From: a virus
Taxonomy: Duplodnaviria > Caudoviricetes
Strand: one strand, 5' to 3'
Virus record (IMG/VR): IMGVR_UViG_2974622612_000001
Span: 6,031 to 70,030 of that record
DNA: 64,000 nucleotides
Of the stretch, positions 53,311 through 60,644 are shown in pieces (the first letter of the stretch is position 1; each line of letters opens with the position of its first letter). Under the pieces are notes generated by a model. The model was not told where the DNA came from. It did not search any database and saw only the letters and a list, made by a program, of their open reading frames with translations. A program made the position numbers and the translations under genes.

Positions 53311-54195
53311 GTGGGTAAGAAGAAGAAGGCCAAGAAGAAGCCTCAGCCGTCGTTGGGAGGCGGCGTGCTCAACGCTGCGTTCGCTCAACTGCGTGAGCGC
53401 ATGGCCGACCCCGAAGTTCAGGCGCGCATGGCAGCCAGTTTCTCCAAGCTCCGGCCACAAGTCGAAGCGATCAAGGAAGAAATGGGCAAGAATCCCAAGC
53501 GAACTCGTTCCGAAAACGAGGACGGTGGGCCTGACATCCCAGTGCTGGAAGGCACATTGCTGCGACCGATGCACGAAGTCACTCGCGCACGCGTCATCAA
53601 CTGGTATTGGACAACCGAGGACTACGCGGTGGTCGCGACGTTCGCTCTGGCCGACTCTGAGCGCACCACGGACGTGCTCAAGGGCATTCCCGGCGCACGA
53701 AAAGGCGACTACGCGGTCTCTGTGTTCGGTCGAAACGGTGGTTCTATCACGAATCTCACGCCAACTGTGGCGAAATCGCTTGGCGAAGCGTTGCTTTCGG
53801 CTCACGGCTGGGAGCACGTGTGGCCCAAGCACTACCAGGAACCGGACTTCACGACCGAAGGCGGGGAAATGGCCTACATTCCCCACGACGATCCCGGTCC
53901 AACCATCCCCGCATCGCATCTGCCTCCCATGGCAACTGGCGTTGATTACGTCAGCATGCAGCGTCAGCACGAAACGACTCGCGACGAGGGTCCTGCTATC
54001 GTGCCGCTGGCCGAGCAGATGCAACCAGACATCCCCACCGGAGAATCAGGGCAACCGGACTGCCTACGATTCCCCGGTGGGGGTCAAACAGAGGCCGAAT
54101 TCCTTGGAAACACAGGGGGATTCGGCGATTCGGAAGCGCCTCCGGCTGCACCGGACGACGACGAGTGGGATTTGAGGAACCGCAATGGGGGCTAA
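53311..54195 (+). CDS. Hypothetical protein
   Basis: AGGAG RBS. Confidence 0.7.
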   Translation: MGKKKKAKKKPQPSLGGGVLNAAFAQLRERMADPEVQARMAASFSKLRPQVEAIKEEMGKNPKRTRSENEDGGPDIPVLEGTLLRPMHEVTRARVINWYWTTEDYAVVATFALADSERTTDVLKGIPGARKGDYAVSVFGRNGGSITNLTPTVAKSLGEALLSAHGWEHVWPKHYQEPDFTTEGGEMAYIPHDDPGPTIPASHLPPMATGVDYVSMQRQHETTRDEGPAIVPLAEQMQPDIPTGESGQPDCLRFPGGGQTEAEFLGNTGGFGDSEAPPAAPDDDEWDLRNRNGG

Positions 54196-54454
54196 CGAGA
54201 AGCTGGCTGCTGCCACCCACGGCAAGCACACTTGTCACGCGCTGCGCTGTAACACCGAGGTACCGCCGAAGCTGCTGATGTGCGGCAAACACTGGCGAAT
54301 GGTACCGAAACCTCTACAGGATCGGGTGTGGCATCACTACCGACCCGGCCAAGAGGTCACCAAAGACCCGTCGCACGAATACATTCGGGCGGCGATGGCA
54401 GCGGTCAACGCTGTCGCTGACAAGGAGGGAATTCCTCATGGAACAACCGTCTGA
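54185..54454 (+). CDS. Small Cys/His protein
   Basis: CHALRC...MCGKHW. Confidence 0.65.
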   Translation: MGANEKLAAATHGKHTCHALRCNTEVPPKLLMCGKHWRMVPKPLQDRVWHHYRPGQEVTKDPSHEYIRAAMAAVNAVADKEGIPHGTTV

Positions 54455-54665
54455 AACAGACCACGTGCCCAACGGTGCGTGCCTGCCCTGCCCGCATGTC
54501 CACTGCGATTACTGCGAGAACGTCATCCCCACGGTTCCGTGCCCGACCGAGGCGCTGACCGAAATGCTGATCCACCTTCGGGATTCGCACCGCGAACAGT
54601 GGCTCAGCCCCGAATGCGCCGAATACCGTGAATTCGCACCGATGTACGGGGTGGAATCGCTGTGA
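54438..54665 (+). CDS. Small Cys-rich protein
   Basis: GGAGG RBS; several CxxC. Confidence 0.6.
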   Translation: MEQPSETDHVPNGACLPCPHVHCDYCENVIPTVPCPTEALTEMLIHLRDSHREQWLSPECAEYREFAPMYGVESL

Positions 54666-54805
54666 AAGACATCTACGTTGTGGTGCCGAAGGGCACCAAA
54701 ATCCATGCTGCTGCCGACGACTTCGACCGAGCGTCCATGAGCATGGCCGGAGCGACCGAAGACCTGGAAGTGGTCAACGTCGATCTGCTGGAAGAAGGCG
54801 ACTGA
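54662..54805 (+). CDS. Small protein, 47 aa
   Basis: GTGA and TGATG coupling at both ends. Confidence 0.5.
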   Translation: MKDIYVVVPKGTKIHAAADDFDRASMSMAGATEDLEVVNVDLLEEGD

Positions 54806-54951
54806 TGCGCAAACTTTCACGCGCAGAGGAACTGCGCGACATTTCGGAGCAGAACACCGAGCGAAATCGCGCTGAACGCCAAGAGTCAAGGGACGCATAC
54901 GATTCCATGAGCGAAATGGAACGCGCCTACTTCGATTCGGACATGCACTGA
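54805..54951 (+). CDS. Small protein, 48 aa
   Basis: TGATG coupling at both ends. Confidence 0.5.
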   Translation: MRKLSRAEELRDISEQNTERNRAERQESRDAYDSMSEMERAYFDSDMH

Positions 54952-55697
54952 TGGCTCTTGTTTCAGTGGTGGCGTTCGACCCCGGCGAGACAATCGGCTG
55001 GGCTGCCATGACAGTGGATTCGATCAACCTCACCGACGTGAACACTCGCGACCTCAACGACGCGATCCTGCACGTGGACGGCGCTGGCTGGCGCTGGGGA
55101 CAGATCGATACGCGCCACCTGGGCAGCAACGCTGCCGGGGTGGGCGTCCACCGTGGACACAGCGCGTTGAATTTCGTGGGTGAGAACACCGCAGTCGATC
55201 AGATGATGAATCTCGTTCTGCACGACTACCCCGAATCAGCCGTGATCCTAGAGAAATTCGTGCTCGATCCCAAGGCAGCCAGCGGCAAGTTCGACTTGCT
55301 CTCGCCTGTGCGGGTAATCAGTGCGTTCTCCTACGGATTGCACGCAGATGCCATGAGCCGTGGGCCTTTTGACGACAACGGGGAAGACGTTTTCCTGCGC
55401 GACCCGTATAATCGGTTCTATCTAATCAACCGGGGTGACCCGAAACGCACATGCACCAATGAGCGTCTGACACGATGGGGGTTCGGTTCCGTTGTCTCCC
55501 ACGCAACTCGCCATGCTGCTGACGCTACTCGGATTGCCTACTATTTCCTGCGCGATTGTCGTGGGCAGAGCATGGCTGCACGCGAAGCGCGTTGGCGTGC
55601 GTGGCCTCATATCTTCCGAGACCCGATGGCGGGATTGGCAGTACAGAGTAGCCGCAAAAGCCGACCGAAAGCGCGCCCAAAAGGAGAGAGAATCTGA
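54951..55697 (+). CDS. RuvC-like Holliday junction resolvase
   Basis: VVAFDPGETIGWA, VILEKF, HAADA. Confidence 0.75.
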   Translation: MALVSVVAFDPGETIGWAAMTVDSINLTDVNTRDLNDAILHVDGAGWRWGQIDTRHLGSNAAGVGVHRGHSALNFVGENTAVDQMMNLVLHDYPESAVILEKFVLDPKAASGKFDLLSPVRVISAFSYGLHADAMSRGPFDDNGEDVFLRDPYNRFYLINRGDPKRTCTNERLTRWGFGSVVSHATRHAADATRIAYYFLRDCRGQSMAAREARWRAWPHIFRDPMAGLAVQSSRKSRPKARPKGERI

Positions 55698-55981
55698 TGA
55701 GTGAAATCGATGACGCCTACGCGAAAATCCGTGCGTCGGAACAGTCTTCGTACTTCAACCTGACGGCCAATGACCAATCCGAATTGGGTCTGGCTCTCAA
55801 GGACGCGCTGTTTCCCGGTGGTGTGCGTAACCCCGACACCCCCAACCCCGAAATCACTCTCGAAATCGACGGGAAACGCTTCCGATTCCGTATGAACTCG
55901 GATTCGGAACTGCGCATGGACAGTTCCGTCATGCACTTCTCTCTGCTGTTCCAAGGCGGGATACCCGATGGCGCGCACTGA
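55697..55981 (+). CDS. Hypothetical protein
   Basis: TGATG coupling. Confidence 0.6.
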   Translation: MSEIDDAYAKIRASEQSSYFNLTANDQSELGLALKDALFPGGVRNPDTPNPEITLEIDGKRFRFRMNSDSELRMDSSVMHFSLLFQGGIPDGAH

Positions 55982-56168
55982 CGCCGAAAAGGTCGCTGCC
56001 ATACGAGAACTGCACTCGCCCGTACAGCCTCCCGAGGGGCATATCTGGATGGGCGCACGTCCCGACCACACTGACGACGTGCCGTGTGCTGGCTGTTCAA
56101 CCGGCGACCCCTACATCGATCAACCCTGGCCGTGCGAAACGAGGAAAATCTGTGACGACGATGACTGA
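55968..56168 (+). CDS. Small Cys/His protein
   Basis: IRELH...CAGC...WPCET. Confidence 0.6.
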   Translation: MARTDAEKVAAIRELHSPVQPPEGHIWMGARPDHTDDVPCAGCSTGDPYIDQPWPCETRKICDDDD

Positions 56169-56379
56169 TGAAATCCACCAGATCGCGTTGTTCATACATC
56201 GCGATCCCAAACACCCATCTGGCCGCAAAATCAAAATCAAAGCCGATGGAATTCCAGGCGCAATGTGGTGCTCTGAGGGTGAAGACTACGAGGATTTGGC
56301 AACCAAATGGATTGCCGCAGTCATGGGTTGGCCGGAGCACCTGATCTACGCCTATAACGTCAATGGTGCGTCGGGCTAG
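56161..56379 (+). CDS. Hypothetical protein
   Basis: Overlap with the previous gene. Confidence 0.55.
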   Translation: MTDEIHQIALFIHRDPKHPSGRKIKIKADGIPGAMWCSEGEDYEDLATKWIAAVMGWPEHLIYAYNVNGASG

Positions 56380-56401
56380 GCCAGTGCGGTAAGCTAGAAC
56401 C

Positions 56402-56599
56402 ATGGACGGCAAGCCCATCATCAAAGCCAACGAGCCTCGCGACGAACACAACAAGTTCTACTCGGAGGCGTCATTCAAGGCTGCCGTCAAAGAGTTTCAA
56501 TTTCGTGAAGGGTTGCCCTCCTATTCGCAAGCCCTTTACACGCTCGTTCTGCTGGGGTTCCAATCCCCCGGTGGCTTCGGCGGTTACGAAATAAGGTAG
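56402..56599 (+). CDS. Small putative ribbon-helix-helix DNA-binding protein, leaderless
   Basis: TAAGCT 6 nt before ATG; strand-helix-G-helix pattern. Confidence 0.5.
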   Translation: MDGKPIIKANEPRDEHNKFYSEASFKAAVKEFQFREGLPSYSQALYTLVLLGFQSPGGFGGYEIR

Positions 56600-56604
56600 G
56601 TGCG

Positions 56605-56985
56605 GTGGATGCTGGCACATGGATTGCGCTCGCGATGGTCGTCGCGGCATTCGGAATCTTCGGACTCGCAGAGGGTTTCGGCAAGTGGTGCGAGTGGCAG
56701 TCAAGACGGTTCGATTTCCTCAAGCGCAGAGCCTTCCGGCTTTATGTCGAAACTGGCACGGAAACTGAGGCATTTCATGCTCTTTCTCGTCGTGCTGTTC
56801 AGGCCGCTGAAAGACAGCGAGTGGCTGTCCTACGCGAAAGAAGCTGCCAAACACGGCACTTTCAGGCTGAATCTGCTTGCCCTTCCTGCACGCGCGTAGG
56901 GCTGCACTGGATCGAAAACACTTCCGACAGACACGTCATCCGGCAGTGCCGTAGCTGCCAACACACATGGAGAGAGGAAATATGA
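56605..56985 (+). CDS. Membrane protein with C-terminal Zn-ribbon
   Basis: TM helix; CPSC...CRSC. Confidence 0.6.
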   Translation: MDAGTWIALAMVVAAFGIFGLAEGFGKWCEWQSRRFDFLKRRAFRLYVETGTETEAFHALSRRAVQAAERQRVAVLRERSCQTRHFQAESACPSCTRVGLHWIENTSDRHVIRQCRSCQHTWREEI

Positions 56986-57689
56986 CCGTCGATCTGGGAC
57001 GCCGAAAGCTCCACGATCCACGCTCGCGCAACTTCGCCTACCCGGTAACGCGCAGTACGGTGGACATTGGTAGCCGGTCGATCACTCACCGCATGGACTC
57101 TGACCACCTGGACCAGTTCTATCTCGGTGCGTGCGTTGGCTTTTCCGGCGCGCAGCTTCTCAACTGCCGCATCGCGAAGAAATCGCGAATGGTAGCCAAC
57201 ACCAAGAGCAAACGCACCGCGTTCGACTACGGCTACATGAACAACGACGACGGGATCGAATTCTATTCGAACTCAACCCTTCTCGATCCGTTCGACTGGG
57301 TATACCCGCCAACGGACGAGGGCAGTAGCGCACTGGGTCTGATGAAGTCCTGGCAGGAGCTGGGCATCATCCGTTCGTATCGCTGGGCGTTCACGTTCGA
57401 TCAATTCCTCTCGGCGCTGGGCAAGCAACCGGTGTTGGTCGGCACCAACTGGTATTCGGGCATGAGCGAACCAATCCGACGCAACGGACGCTGGCTGGCC
57501 GTACCAGGCGGCACCCCTCAAGGCGGGCACGAATACCTCGCCACCGGCATTCTCGGCCCGTCCAAGCTGATCCGCTGCGAACAGTCGTGGGGAGAAGGCT
57601 TCTACGCCAAGACGTTCTACATCACATTCGACAACATGCGCTGGCTTCTCGACCAAGGCGGCGACGTGGCAGTACCGGAGTTGATATGA
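56982..57689 (+). CDS. Papain-like (C1A-type) cysteine protease
   Basis: QFYLGACVGF (Q-x5-C), GGHE, QSWG; GAGGA RBS. Confidence 0.75.
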   Translation: MTVDLGRRKLHDPRSRNFAYPVTRSTVDIGSRSITHRMDSDHLDQFYLGACVGFSGAQLLNCRIAKKSRMVANTKSKRTAFDYGYMNNDDGIEFYSNSTLLDPFDWVYPPTDEGSSALGLMKSWQELGIIRSYRWAFTFDQFLSALGKQPVLVGTNWYSGMSEPIRRNGRWLAVPGGTPQGGHEYLATGILGPSKLIRCEQSWGEGFYAKTFYITFDNMRWLLDQGGDVAVPELI

Positions 57690-57967
57690 CGAATTTCATC
57701 ACAGTCACAACCAAAGACGTTTCCCAATTCACCGGAAAGCCCAAGCTTTTCGCGATCAACGTGGATCGAATCGTGACCGTGGAACCGGCGCTTTTCGAAA
57801 TCGCTCGCGGCATGGACGCGGTTGACACCGTGGAAGGGTGCTCAATCATCGTGTTCGCCAACGAGGCTCACGTTCTGGAAGTGGATTGCCGAGACCCGTT
57901 CGATCACGTCATGTTCCGCATCGGCAAGGCTGGCGGGATTGTCGATGTCACCGAGGTTGCCTCATGA
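57686..57967 (+). CDS. Hypothetical protein
   Basis: ATGA overlap. Confidence 0.6.
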   Translation: MTNFITVTTKDVSQFTGKPKLFAINVDRIVTVEPALFEIARGMDAVDTVEGCSIIVFANEAHVLEVDCRDPFDHVMFRIGKAGGIVDVTEVAS

Positions 57968-58260
57968 ACGTGCAACTGGGACCGATTGACGATCCCGATG
58001 TGCCGTGGCCTCCGGCGACCTCCGGTCAAGTGGTGACGCTGCCCGAGGAAGGTCTCAGTGCCGAGCAGATTCGTGCGTACTGCGTCGAGCAGGGTAGGCG
58101 CATCGCACGCGACCGGCAGGGACTTGACGTAGCCTACGAGACCTACAAAGACTCCGATCCGGCTAAGGCCCACGAATTCGAGCGCGTTGACTGGCTGCGT
58201 CAAGGTGAGCAGATCGCGCTACGAAATCTGTTGGAATACTTCGGACTCAACCACAAGTAG
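57964..58260 (+). CDS. Hypothetical protein
   Basis: ATGA overlap. Confidence 0.6.
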   Translation: MNVQLGPIDDPDVPWPPATSGQVVTLPEEGLSAEQIRAYCVEQGRRIARDRQGLDVAYETYKDSDPAKAHEFERVDWLRQGEQIALRNLLEYFGLNHK

Positions 58261-58265
58261 GAATC

Positions 58266-58481
58266 ATGGCGAATACAGAACAGAAACCACAGAAGTACAC
58301 CGTGACTGCCGAGGTCGAACTGTCCATCACGGCCACGTCGATCCCGGCTGCCTACAAGGAATTCACCAACTACATGGCGAAGATTTTCAACGACGCTTTC
58401 GCTCAGACCAACGAGCCGGTCATCGTCGCGTCTTCGTTCGAAGGGTTAGCAATCGCAAGGGATTTCGCCAATGAGCAGTGA
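58266..58481 (+). CDS. Hypothetical protein
   Basis: AGGA RBS. Confidence 0.6.
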   Translation: MANTEQKPQKYTVTAEVELSITATSIPAAYKEFTNYMAKIFNDAFAQTNEPVIVASSFEGLAIARDFANEQ

Positions 58482-58971
58482 CTTCAAACCGTCAGGCAAC
58501 GTCCACGGAGAAACCGATCACGTCCAATCAACAGACGTTCACCGGACTGTGGAGGCTCCGGTAGGCGTGTGGACCGACGTGCGCGCTGGACAGGTGACAG
58601 CGGAGGGAACCGTGACGCGTCCCGAGTGGCCGGGAATCCTGTTCGACGCCGACGATCCGACCAAGGTCATCGTCTGGCACCTGAAACCAGCCGTATTCGC
58701 CTGCGGACGGCGCAACATCAAGCCAGAGCAGGTCGTTTTCGAGGAAGGTTCCGGTGCGCCATGGTGCCCGACATGCCTGCACAAAAAGAAACAGATTCTT
58801 CGCAAATCCAAAGTGAAAGGCGGTCGAAAAAAGAAGCAACTTCTCGACCGACTGCACGCGCAAACGGAAGCCAAGCGGTTACCGATCAAAATGCCGCCGA
58901 AGAATGCCACGGACAAATCTACCGACTCTGAAATCGTTTGGCGTGAGAACGATGAAAGAACTGGAAGGTAA
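58471..58971 (+). CDS. Hypothetical protein with basic C-terminus
   Basis: Operon fit; C...CPTC. Confidence 0.55.
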   Translation: MSSDFKPSGNVHGETDHVQSTDVHRTVEAPVGVWTDVRAGQVTAEGTVTRPEWPGILFDADDPTKVIVWHLKPAVFACGRRNIKPEQVVFEEGSGAPWCPTCLHKKKQILRKSKVKGGRKKKQLLDRLHAQTEAKRLPIKMPPKNATDKSTDSEIVWRENDERTGR

Positions 58972-59161
58972 AGCACCGCAAACCTTCAAGCTCATTGGAG
59001 GTCCCTGCGGTGGTGAGACTTTCGAGGCCATAGAGCCGAAGACGATCATCAAGTGTCGCCAGCCGGGAAAAACACCACCGCGATACTGCGTGTATATGCG
59101 TAAGATGGATACAACCGAATACCACCACATCACCGGATGTTGCAACAAAGGAGCAATCTAA
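58952..59161 (+). CDS. Small hypothetical protein
   Basis: LIGGPCGG motif. Confidence 0.55.
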   Translation: MKELEGKAPQTFKLIGGPCGGETFEAIEPKTIIKCRQPGKTPPRYCVYMRKMDTTEYHHITGCCNKGAI

Positions 59162-59382
59162 TGCGAGCGCAAATCTTCACCGTTTTCAAGAAAACCACGG
59201 TCCAAGACCCGCAGTATGCGGCGCAACTGGGCCGCGATGTCGAGACCGAAGGCGCAGCCGTCGAGGTCTACCAGTTCATGTTCTCGACCATGGACGAGGA
59301 ACACGCAAAGTTCGTGTGCCGCAACGAGGATGCGCGCTACGTGTTCACGTCACAACCGATCTGGTTCGGTGAACTCGCCTAA
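59161..59382 (+). CDS. Hypothetical protein
   Basis: AAGGAG RBS; TAATG coupling. Confidence 0.6.
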   Translation: MRAQIFTVFKKTTVQDPQYAAQLGRDVETEGAAVEVYQFMFSTMDEEHAKFVCRNEDARYVFTSQPIWFGELA

Positions 59383-59620
59383 ACGTTATCGCCGTATCCC
59401 AACTGAAATCAACGCGATTCAGTGGACCGGCGATAACCAATTCGACATCGAAGCCTTCGGCGCGAACGTCATCGTTGAAAACGGCTGTCTGACACTGTAT
59501 GTCGCGGCCAACAACGCGTGGTTGCCGTTGGAACGCGGCGAGTGGATCGCCCAAGACGAGCACGGTTTCTATCCGATCAAAGACGACCAGGGGCGTCCTT
59601 TCAACTACCAAGAGGCGTAG
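59369..59620 (+). CDS. Conserved phage hypothetical protein
   Basis: YRRIPTEINAIQWTG...GEWI...FYPIK. Confidence 0.65.
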   Translation: MNSPKRYRRIPTEINAIQWTGDNQFDIEAFGANVIVENGCLTLYVAANNAWLPLERGEWIAQDEHGFYPIKDDQGRPFNYQEA

Positions 59621-59623
59621 GCC

Positions 59624-59980
59624 ATGGGCGACAAAATCTTCATCCCGTTCACCGAGGATGGGTTTGAAAACGGAGGCCAAGCCTACGGAGAACGCACCTT
59701 GCGTTCTGGCCGAGACACTTTCAACGAACGTGGCGGGGCTACCGCTGCTTTCGTGTTGCAGTACACCAACCGCAACCCATGCCCACGGTGCGGTCGGCCA
59801 CTGCTGCGAGGCCAGTACGGGCGCTTCCACCGCGACTACGGCGACGAGCTAGTCCACGACGGCTGTAGCGACTACGAGGCAGCCCATGAGCACCGTGACC
59901 GCAAGTATCGCGTCAGCGGCGCACGCAAGCCCAAGCTGTGCCCCGACTGCCACATGGAACACAACGGAGAGTGCCCCTGA
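59624..59980 (+). CDS. Cys-rich hypothetical protein
   Basis: GAGG RBS; CPRC, CPDC. Confidence 0.6.
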   Translation: MGDKIFIPFTEDGFENGGQAYGERTLRSGRDTFNERGGATAAFVLQYTNRNPCPRCGRPLLRGQYGRFHRDYGDELVHDGCSDYEAAHEHRDRKYRVSGARKPKLCPDCHMEHNGECP

Positions 59981-60123
59981 TGTACGCCTACTGCGTTCAC
60001 TGCCCGATGAATTTCACTTCGGAATCCGTTGACGCCACCGAATCGTGGGCGTTCGACCACGAAATCATGGGTGGCCCAAAGCATGTCGTGAAAATCGAAG
60101 GATACGAGGACCAGGCGTCATGA
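59980..60123 (+). CDS. Small protein
   Basis: TGATG coupling; CVHC. Confidence 0.5.
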   Translation: MYAYCVHCPMNFTSESVDATESWAFDHEIMGGPKHVVKIEGYEDQAS

Positions 60124-60323
60124 CGATCAAGGTGTGCATGGACTGCTTCAACAAGCGATTCCCACACAAAATGCCTTCGATTTACACCTGGGGTCGGCAG
60201 TGCGCCGACTGCAAGAAACCCTGTGCCAGTAGGGGATTGCTCATCAAGATCGACGTACGTCCGAATGCGGAGCCACCACAAGATGTAGGGGTCGTCGCTG
60301 TGGACATGCGGCACAAGTTGTGA
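60120..60323 (+). CDS. Small Zn-finger protein
   Basis: CMDC...CADC; ATGA overlap. Confidence 0.55.
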   Translation: MTIKVCMDCFNKRFPHKMPSIYTWGRQCADCKKPCASRGLLIKIDVRPNAEPPQDVGVVAVDMRHKL

Positions 60324-60328
60324 TACGC

Positions 60329-60356
60329 GCAGGTCAGATGACCTGCATGCTAGGCT
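60329..60356 (+). promoter_or_regulatory. Palindrome GCAGGTCA-GA-TGACCTGC abutting extended -10 TGC-TAGGCT
   Basis: Perfect 8-bp arms, upstream of the primase-helicase operon. Confidence 0.6.
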
Positions 60357-60389
60357 GGCTGGTCTAGCCTACCGGACGGAGCTAGAGGT

Positions 60390-60644
60390 ATGGACCCCGA
60401 CGAAGTTTCGGCACGCGCCAAGTTCGAATTCGAAGCTCGCGCAGCGATGTTGACCGAAAACATGCAGACGGTTGTCAACTTCATGCAGCGCATCGTGGAA
60501 GAAATGCCTAAGAAACAGGCGCAGATGGAAAGGATGCAGCATGGTGACATCTTCGCTTTCGCCAACTGGCTCAAAGATTTTGAGCGTGAGTCGGTCCTTT
60601 TCGCTGAGCTTGCACAGGTAATCCGCAAGCATGAGCATGCCTGA
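60390..60644 (+). CDS. Hypothetical protein
   Basis: GAGGT RBS. Confidence 0.7.
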   Translation: MDPDEVSARAKFEFEARAAMLTENMQTVVNFMQRIVEEMPKKQAQMERMQHGDIFAFANWLKDFERESVLFAELAQVIRKHEHA

